NCBI GenBank assembly: GCA_017454295.1 | Contig: JAFTDF010000030.1 | Span: forward strand, 79,089-143,088 | DNA from: Bacilli bacterium | GTDB taxonomy: Bacteria; Bacillota_I; Bacilli_A; RFN20; CAG-826 | DNA: 64,000 bases | Direction: 5' to 3' | Part shown: piece by piece, positions 42,103 through 48,956 of the stretch | Layout: every line of letters begins with the position of its first letter | Position numbering within the stretch: position 1 is the stretch's first letter | Program-made: the position numbers and the translations under genes | The notes under the pieces: generated by a model | Told to the model about the DNA's origin: nothing | What the model saw: the letters and a program-made list of their open reading frames with translations, nothing else | The model's database searches: none

Positions 42103-43059
42103 ATGGAATGGTGGGGTTATCTACTTATCGTCATCGGGGCACTCCTCGTTGTGCCCTATATCGGCATGACTTTGGTGATGCCGCGTATCGTTTTTAAGAT
42201 CATCTTAGGCCGCACCAAACCCGAGAAATGGTCCCGTGAAGAACCTAGCGACCATAAAGATGCCGAGATGCTTGCGATGTGGGACCAATCCTTGGCCTTC
42301 CGGAAAACCTATGCAAGCCAAGAGCAAGAACTCGTCGCGAAGACCGAAGACGGGCTGACCATCCATAGCCTCTATTATGATTTTGGCTCCGATACCGCCG
42401 TCATCTTGATTCCCGGGCGCCCCGAATCCTGCGTCTATTCCCTTTTTTATGCTTACCCCTATGCCGAAAAAGGCATCAATGTCTGTGCCATCGACACCCG
42501 GGCCCATGGTCTTTCCGAAGGAAAATGGTCGGGATGCGGTTATGCGGAGCAATTCGATATCCTTGCCACCGCCTCAAAACTCCACGAAATGGGAATCAAA
42601 AAGATCATTCTCCATGGCGTTTGCATCGGCTCTAGTTCCCTCTCCTTTGTTTTGGCGAGGGAAGATCTTCCCTCCTATATCGTCGCTGGCGTCACCGATG
42701 GCCTCTACGTCAATTTCTATGAAACCATGCATCGCCGCATCCGCAAAAACGGAGGCGTCGTCTATCCCACGATCTTCTTCTTCCGCCACTGGATCAAACA
42801 ACTCTATGGCACCGATATCAAAAAGGAAGGGCCTTTGGCCAACGTGGAAAAGATCCATGTACCGATGCTGATGATGGCCTCGAAAGAGGATATCTTCTCC
42901 CTCCCCGAGAAAACCCAATTGCTTTTCGACCATCTCGCCAGCAAAGAAAAAGAAATGGTCTGGTTCGACCATGGCCGTCACAGCCATTTACGAATCGTAG
43001 ACCATTCTCGTTATGATGAAGCCGTGGCGAGAATCCTCGCCAAAGTGGTGTCTTTATAG
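42103..43059 (+). CDS. alpha/beta-fold hydrolase with N-terminal TM anchor
   Basis: N-terminal TM, nucleophile-elbow-like HGVCIGS, and late D/H residues. 318 aa. Confidence 0.7.
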   Translation: MEWWGYLLIVIGALLVVPYIGMTLVMPRIVFKIILGRTKPEKWSREEPSDHKDAEMLAMWDQSLAFRKTYASQEQELVAKTEDGLTIHSLYYDFGSDTAVILIPGRPESCVYSLFYAYPYAEKGINVCAIDTRAHGLSEGKWSGCGYAEQFDILATASKLHEMGIKKIILHGVCIGSSSLSFVLAREDLPSYIVAGVTDGLYVNFYETMHRRIRKNGGVVYPTIFFFRHWIKQLYGTDIKKEGPLANVEKIHVPMLMMASKEDIFSLPEKTQLLFDHLASKEKEMVWFDHGRHSHLRIVDHSRYDEAVARILAKVVSL

Positions 43060-44922
43060 TTCAACTTTTTCGAAGTCGGTGGCCGGGTGCTTGCAAAGCG
43101 GGCAGACATAATCCGGCGGTAAGACTTCGCCTTCATAGACATAGCCACAAATCTTGCAACGCCACCCGATTTTCTTCGGCGCGGAAGAATCCGCTTTCGG
43201 CGGCACGGGCATCGGTTTGGGTTTGATGTTGGCAAAGTAATAGGCGTAGGTCACGCTGGGGATTTGGTTGAGGACCTTGGCCTCGGTCACCTCGGCGATG
43301 AAGAGGACGTGGTTGCCCGCTTCGATGGTCTCCACCACTTTGCAGGAAAGGAACGCGTTGCTTTGTTCCTTGAGGTAATAGAGTCCGTTTTCGCTACGGG
43401 CAACTTGATCTTCGATGCCGGCAAACTTATTGGCATCACGTCCGGACTGGAAGCCGAAACGCTTGAAGGTACCGAAGTCGGCGCTTTCATCGAGCACCGA
43501 GACATTGAAGACCCCGGTTTCGCGGATCGTGTCGGCGGAGAGGTTGGCCACATTGACCGAAAGCATCACCAAATTGGGCTTATCGGAAACCTGGAAGAAG
43601 GAATTGTTGATGGAGGCGTTGTCACGGCCATCTTTGCCTTTGGTCACCAAAGCGAATAAGCCATAGGAAAGTTTAAACATGGCGGCGGCATCGACGAGGG
43701 AGGCGCTATCTTCCGCCTTCTTTTCGGCGGGACGGATGGAAGCGACGACGGCCTCGGCGATCTTTTCCAGCATCGGGAGTTGGTTTTCCTTCAAGGCGGA
43801 GGCAATCGTCAAAGTTTCTTCGAGATAACGGAACCCTTCTAACCCATCGAGGATCCGTTTCATATTGGATTTGGCCGCGGGCGCCCAAGAACCGTTTTCG
43901 ATGAAAGCAATGTTACGGTAACGGAGCTTGTGGTTGGCCAAATCGTGGAGGAAATCCTCCATCTTCACGAAGACCCCGGCATTATAAGTCGTGGCTGCCA
44001 AGACAATGGTTTTGACGCGGAAGGCTTCAGCGATTAAAACGCTGGAATCGGTTTTCGAAACATCGTAAACCACGATATTCCGGCAGCCTTTTGCGGCGAT
44101 TTTGGAGGCTAAGATTTCCGCGGTATTGGCGGTATGGCCATAGACGGAGGAATAGGCGATCATGACGCCATCGGGATCATCGGGCGTATAGGTCGCCCAG
44201 TTCTGGTAATAGCCAAGCAAGGGATTGAGATTGCCCCGATGCAGCGGCCCATGGAGCGGGCAGATGAGGTTGATCTCGATGGTCGCGGCTTTCTTTAAGA
44301 CGGCGACGACTTGGTCCCCATATTTGCCGACGATATTGGTGTAATAACGACGGGCCTCGGCGATATCGAAATTCTTCGGGGAGGCATAGATGTCGCCATT
44401 GAGGGCACCAAAGGTTCCGAAGGCATCCGCGGAGAAGAGCACTTTTTCGGTGAGTTCATAGGTCATCATGACTTCCGGCCAATGGACCATCGGCGCGGAG
44501 ACGAAAGTGAATTCGTGCTTCCCGATGGAAAGCTTATCGCCTTCGCTAACCACCATGAACTCGGCTTGGATGTTCGGGAAGTAATTCAAAAGGAATTTTT
44601 TCGCCATCGGGGAGATGACGATTTTGGTTTCGGGATGGCGTAGGAGCAACTCGCCGATATTGGCGGCGTGATCCGGCTCCATGTGGTTGACGATGAGGTA
44701 ATCGAGTTTGCGCCCTTGGAGCAAGAATTCGATGTTTTCGTAATAGACTTCGCTGACGGAGGCGTCGACGGTGTCTAAGACTAAGGTTTTCTCATCCAGG
44801 TAGAGATAAGAGTTGTAAGAGACGCCGTTTTCTAACGGATAAACGTTCTCAAACAGATGGATTCGGCGATCCGAGCCACCGATATAATAGAAGCCCGGCG
44901 AAAGAAGGATTTCGTTGTGCAT
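43054..44922 (-). CDS. multidomain flavodiiron protein (MBL-like diiron + flavodoxin + flavin-reductase-like + rubredoxin)
   Basis: Diiron motif NHMEPDHAAN. Flavodoxin-like MIAYSSVYGHTANTAE. An FMN-binding split-barrel-like segment. C-terminal rubredoxin WRCKICGYVYEG...YVCPLCKHP. Confidence 0.85.
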   Translation of the reverse strand: MHNEILLSPGFYYIGGSDRRIHLFENVYPLENGVSYNSYLYLDEKTLVLDTVDASVSEVYYENIEFLLQGRKLDYLIVNHMEPDHAANIGELLLRHPETKIVISPMAKKFLLNYFPNIQAEFMVVSEGDKLSIGKHEFTFVSAPMVHWPEVMMTYELTEKVLFSADAFGTFGALNGDIYASPKNFDIAEARRYYTNIVGKYGDQVVAVLKKAATIEINLICPLHGPLHRGNLNPLLGYYQNWATYTPDDPDGVMIAYSSVYGHTANTAEILASKIAAKGCRNIVVYDVSKTDSSVLIAEAFRVKTIVLAATTYNAGVFVKMEDFLHDLANHKLRYRNIAFIENGSWAPAAKSNMKRILDGLEGFRYLEETLTIASALKENQLPMLEKIAEAVVASIRPAEKKAEDSASLVDAAAMFKLSYGLFALVTKGKDGRDNASINNSFFQVSDKPNLVMLSVNVANLSADTIRETGVFNVSVLDESADFGTFKRFGFQSGRDANKFAGIEDQVARSENGLYYLKEQSNAFLSCKVVETIEAGNHVLFIAEVTEAKVLNQIPSVTYAYYFANIKPKPMPVPPKADSSAPKKIGWRCKICGYVYEGEVLPPDYVCPLCKHPATDFEKVEL

Positions 44923-45003
44923 ATTTTCACCTCGCTAAAATCATATTTGATTTAGGGGCGGAAAACTAGGAGAAGGAAAGATTTTCTCCAAAGGGACCGC
45001 AAA

Positions 45004-45012
45004 TGGTAAAAT
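45004..45012 (+). promoter_or_regulatory. extended -10 (TGgTAAAAT) for cls
   Basis: TGGTAAAAT lies 30 nt upstream of ATG 45042, with GGAGG at 45032..45036. Confidence 0.4.
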
Positions 45013-45041
45013 AACGTGAAAACGAAGTCTTGGAGGTTTCT

Positions 45042-46568
45042 ATGAAATTCCTACGCATCCTCTTTTCCAAATGGGGGATTTCCGCTTTATTGCTGATTCT
45101 GCAAGTCGCGGCCGTCGTCCTCATCGTCCTCTACCTCAACGAATACTTCTATGTCTTCCAGATCGTTTCCTGGATCATTGGCGTTTTCGTGGTGTTCTTT
45201 ATCGTCAACCGCAGGGAAAACCCCGAATACAAAATCCCTTGGCTGTTCCTGGTCTTGGTGCTCCCGGTCTTTGGCACCTTATTCTATTTGATGTTCTCCA
45301 CCACCAAACTGCGGAAGAAAGATCGTTTGCTCTTCCAAGAAGCCTATAAAGAACTGGCGCCCTATATCGAAACCGAAGCCGCCGACCAAGAGGCCTATGA
45401 AGCCATGGGCGAAGATTACCAAGGTTTGGCCCGTTACCTCAAAAGCGAATCCGGGATCGGGGGTTCCACCCATAATGACATCAAGTATTACCCCGTTGGG
45501 GAGCTGATGTGGGAGGACATGCTCGAAGCCCTTCGCAACGCCAAAAAGTTCATCTTGATGGAATACTTCATCGTCGACCCCGGCAAGATGTGGGAATCCA
45601 TCCATGAGATCTTGGTCCAAAAAGCCAAAGAAGGCGTGGAAGTCCACCTCGTCTATGACGACGTCGGCACCGTCACCATGCTTCGTAGCGGCTATTACAA
45701 AACCCTCCGCAAGGAAGGTATCGACGCCCACAAATTCAATCCCTTCCGCCCCATCGTCTCCGGCATCTATAACAACCGTGACCACCGCAAGATCATGGTC
45801 ATCGACGGCGAAGTCGGCTTTACCGGTGGTATCAATTTAGGCGACGAATACATCAACCAAAACGACCGCCTCGGCCATTGGAAAGACACCGGCATCCGCG
45901 TCAAAGGAAACGTGGTCAACCAACTCTCCGTCCTCTTCTTCATGAATTTCATCATCGCCTCCGGGAAGGGTTTGGACTATGCCAAATACATGAACCAAAA
46001 CCCCACCCGTTACGAACAACCCGGCGTCATCGTCCCCTTTGGCGATGGGCCGCGTCCCATTTATGAAGATCAGGTCGGCGAAGGCAATTACATCAACATC
46101 TTGGCCAAGGCGAAAAAGTATTTCTATATCACCACGCCCTATCTGATTATCGATCACCGTTTCACCCAAGCCCTAAGAGCCGCCGCCTTGCGCGGGGTGG
46201 ATGTGCGTATCGTCACGCCGCATATCCCGGATAAGAAAGCCGTCTTCTGCATCACCAGGAGTTCTTATAAATGGCTCCGCGAAGCCGGGGTGAAGGTCTA
46301 TGAATACACCCCCGGATTCGTCCACGCGAAAATGTGCATCAGCGATGATATCGTTGGTTTTATCGGCACGATCAACATGGACTTCCGCTCCCTCACCCAC
46401 CACTTCGAATGCGGCGCTTTGCTTTATCAACACGAATGCTTAAAAGACATGAAGGAAGACTTCGAGAAAACCTTTGAGGTTTCGCAGCTCATCGACGATT
46501 CCTTCAAGCAGTCCTTCGGCGCTAAGCTTTTGGTGGCTTTGCTAGCGGTCTTCCGCGTGCTCTTCTAA
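45042..46568 (+). CDS. cls: cardiolipin synthase
   Basis: Two N-terminal TM segments and two HKD motifs (HRKIMVIDGEVGFTGGINLGDEY; HAKMCISDDIVGFIGTINMD). ATG 45042 preferred over the track's TTG 45030. Confidence 0.92.
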   Translation: MKFLRILFSKWGISALLLILQVAAVVLIVLYLNEYFYVFQIVSWIIGVFVVFFIVNRRENPEYKIPWLFLVLVLPVFGTLFYLMFSTTKLRKKDRLLFQEAYKELAPYIETEAADQEAYEAMGEDYQGLARYLKSESGIGGSTHNDIKYYPVGELMWEDMLEALRNAKKFILMEYFIVDPGKMWESIHEILVQKAKEGVEVHLVYDDVGTVTMLRSGYYKTLRKEGIDAHKFNPFRPIVSGIYNNRDHRKIMVIDGEVGFTGGINLGDEYINQNDRLGHWKDTGIRVKGNVVNQLSVLFFMNFIIASGKGLDYAKYMNQNPTRYEQPGVIVPFGDGPRPIYEDQVGEGNYINILAKAKKYFYITTPYLIIDHRFTQALRAAALRGVDVRIVTPHIPDKKAVFCITRSSYKWLREAGVKVYEYTPGFVHAKMCISDDIVGFIGTINMDFRSLTHHFECGALLYQHECLKDMKEDFEKTFEVSQLIDDSFKQSFGAKLLVALLAVFRVLF

Positions 46569-46580
46569 AACCAGTTTTCT

Positions 46581-46607
46581 TTGCATTTTTGATTCCTCCT
46601 TTACAAT
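46581..46607 (+). promoter_or_regulatory. candidate promoter, leaderless configuration
   Basis: TTGCAT (46581..46586), then TACAAT (46602..46607) with a short 15-nt spacer. ATG 46614 is 6 nt downstream and there is no SD. Confidence 0.3.
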
Positions 46608-46613
46608 AGGCGT

Positions 46614-48293
46614 ATGAAACGCGTTCCCCTGCTCGTCGTATCCTGCGCCCTCGCGCTAACGGGATGTTCCCTTTCCTTTAGGCCTGCTGGGTCTAGTGTC
46701 GAATCCTCGCAAGCATCGTCTGCCACCTCCCGGAAAGACCCGCCTTCAAGCGAATCGTCTATTCAATCCTCTGAGGACGACTCTTCTGATGAAGATTCAT
46801 CGGGATTAGAAGATTCCACTTCTACGTTGATCTCCGCTTCGAGCGAAGCTTCCTCTAGTTCCAGCCAATCCTCTTCTTCGAGCAAGACTTCTTCCAGTTC
46901 GGATTCCGTTCCCGATACCGGCATCGCCACCCCCATCACCGAAGACTTCCAAAAACTCTTCGCCCCAAGATCGCGGATTACGATGTCTTTACATTTCTCC
47001 CCGGCTTCGTTAAAAGCCATCTCCGATTACCAATCCACATCCAATGGCCAATTCAACGATGCTTACTTCCCCGCCGATCTCACGGTGAAGCTTAATCAAG
47101 ACTCCGACCCGCTGGAATTCCCCGAAGTCGGCGTCCGCATGAAAGGCAATACCTCCCGGGGGCAGATCGTCTACAACAACGGCTATACCTTGGAAGCCCG
47201 CCACTTCAAAGTATCCCTAAAAGCCACCTTTGACGGCGAGGAATACGATACCTACTCCCAATTACGCCCCTTTAAGAAAACCTGGGATGATGATGCTGCC
47301 CGCAAAGCCAGGAAGAACCGGAATCTCTTCGGACTCGAGAAATTCGATTTGAAATACGTTCCCAGAAACAATACCTGGGCCAACGATCCGGAACAAATCA
47401 ACGAATGCACTAACCGGGAAATCTATTGCTACAATGCCTTCCGCGAAGCGGGACTCCTCGCGCCTTACGCCAATATCGTGGATTTCACCTTCGATAATGG
47501 CATGGGCAGCAAAAGCGGTCTCCTCTATGAACTCATCGAGCCGATCGATAAGGAATTCCTCAAGAAGCGCTTCTCCAATAGCGAAGCCAAGGGCGATCTC
47601 TATAAATGCGTCTATAACCCGATGGGCAAAGCCGACCTCGTCCGCGAAGGTGCGGTTGAGAAAGAGGTGGTCGATAATGTCACAATAGGTAACCGCGTCG
47701 CCAGGGGTAAGATTGGTGTCGAAAACAACTACGAGTTATACCAACCTATCTACCAACTCAAAACCAACGACGATAACGGCGAGGATTCCGACTTCTCCAA
47801 AATGGTCGATTATATCAATGCGATGTGGACCCTCCGTTATGGGGATGCCTCCCAAGTGGATATCAACGACTTCCTCGACGTCGATTCGTTCTTAAAGTTC
47901 TCCGCGGTTTCCCATCTATTAGGCAACTTCGACGACCAGTTTTATAACTGGAACAACTATTACATCTATTTCGTTCCCTCTACCGGGAAGGCTATCTATA
48001 TCCCCTACGACTGGGATTGGTCTTTGGGGCTTGGCGCTTGGTATGGCGTCTACGAAGGGCCATTAACCCAAACCACTTTGGACGGATCTAGTCCCTCCAG
48101 CGTTTATTACAACACCTACCTGCAAGAAGGAGCGATGCAAAATCAGTATTTGGCATACATCCAACAACTGAAGACCCAAGTCCTGAACATTGGAACCTAT
48201 ATCGACCTCGTCGATGATATCGGCATCGGCTACGAAGAATCGTATCAAGTCGAATCCTATATGGAGAACAAACTCGCATCCTTGAAGGCATAA
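46614..48293 (+). CDS. CotH-like lipoprotein with Ser-rich linker
   Basis: Lipobox LALTGCS. Ser-rich low-complexity linker (residues about 28-100). CotH-like blocks (NREIYCYNAFREAGLLAPYANIVDF…LYELIEPIDKEFLKKRF…NNYYIYF…IPYDWDWSLG). Confidence 0.65.
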   Translation: MKRVPLLVVSCALALTGCSLSFRPAGSSVESSQASSATSRKDPPSSESSIQSSEDDSSDEDSSGLEDSTSTLISASSEASSSSSQSSSSSKTSSSSDSVPDTGIATPITEDFQKLFAPRSRITMSLHFSPASLKAISDYQSTSNGQFNDAYFPADLTVKLNQDSDPLEFPEVGVRMKGNTSRGQIVYNNGYTLEARHFKVSLKATFDGEEYDTYSQLRPFKKTWDDDAARKARKNRNLFGLEKFDLKYVPRNNTWANDPEQINECTNREIYCYNAFREAGLLAPYANIVDFTFDNGMGSKSGLLYELIEPIDKEFLKKRFSNSEAKGDLYKCVYNPMGKADLVREGAVEKEVVDNVTIGNRVARGKIGVENNYELYQPIYQLKTNDDNGEDSDFSKMVDYINAMWTLRYGDASQVDINDFLDVDSFLKFSAVSHLLGNFDDQFYNWNNYYIYFVPSTGKAIYIPYDWDWSLGLGAWYGVYEGPLTQTTLDGSSPSSVYYNTYLQEGAMQNQYLAYIQQLKTQVLNIGTYIDLVDDIGIGYEESYQVESYMENKLASLKA

Positions 48294-48295
48294 GA

Positions 48296-48721
48296 ATGAA
48301 GTACTACCTCGCCTATGGCAGCAACCTCAATCTTGCCCAAATGAAGCAGCGTTGCCCCACTTCGAAAAAGGTCGGGACGGCAATCATCAAGGATTATCGG
48401 TTACTCTTTAAACGGACCTATCTCACCATTGAGCCCGCGGAGGGCTATGAAGTCCCCGTCGGGGTCTTTGAGATTTGGGAAAACGACGAACGAGCCCTCG
48501 ATGATTACGAAGGCTATCCCGGCTTCTATTACAAGAAGGGCTTTGAAATCGTCTTAAACGGCTCTTCTAGGCGTCTAAATGCCTTTGCCTACATCATGGA
48601 CGAATCCTATCGTTTCGAGCTTCCTAGCCCGATTTACTTCGAAACCGTCCGTCAAGGCTATGCGGACTTTGGTTTCGATTTCTCCTCTATTGAAGAAGCC
48701 ATTGCCTACAGCGATCGATAA
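48296..48721 (+). CDS. gamma-glutamylcyclotransferase/AIG2-like family protein
   Basis: N-terminal YLAYGSNLNLAQMKQRCP motif. 141 aa. Starts 2 nt after the upstream stop. Confidence 0.7.
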   Translation: MKYYLAYGSNLNLAQMKQRCPTSKKVGTAIIKDYRLLFKRTYLTIEPAEGYEVPVGVFEIWENDERALDDYEGYPGFYYKKGFEIVLNGSSRRLNAFAYIMDESYRFELPSPIYFETVRQGYADFGFDFSSIEEAIAYSDR

Positions 48722-48956
48722 CGCAGAAAAAATCCGGCGCATCAACCTCAACTGGACCCCGTAATTTGGACAGTCTAGAAAAACACCCTGCCAAAAGATT
48801 ACCTGCTATCCAAGCCGATCCGCCTTCCCGCGCCCCTCGCCGCGGTGCGAGAAAACGGGAACCCCTCGCTCGGGATTCCCGCTTCTCAATAGGTCGATCT
48901 TTTCTTAACGTGTCCTTGACAAGGGGTCCACATTAGATTGCCATCGGGTTTTCGTT

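Noticed and set aside
48753-48930. Inverted 8-nt matches TGGACCCC / GGGGTCCA (extendable to ...GGACA) that could mark a MITE or IS remnant
   Set aside because: An 8-nt inverted match within 235 nt is close to chance expectation. There are no target-site duplications, no transposase remnant and no second copy in the window. The region is kept only as a structured-spacer finding.
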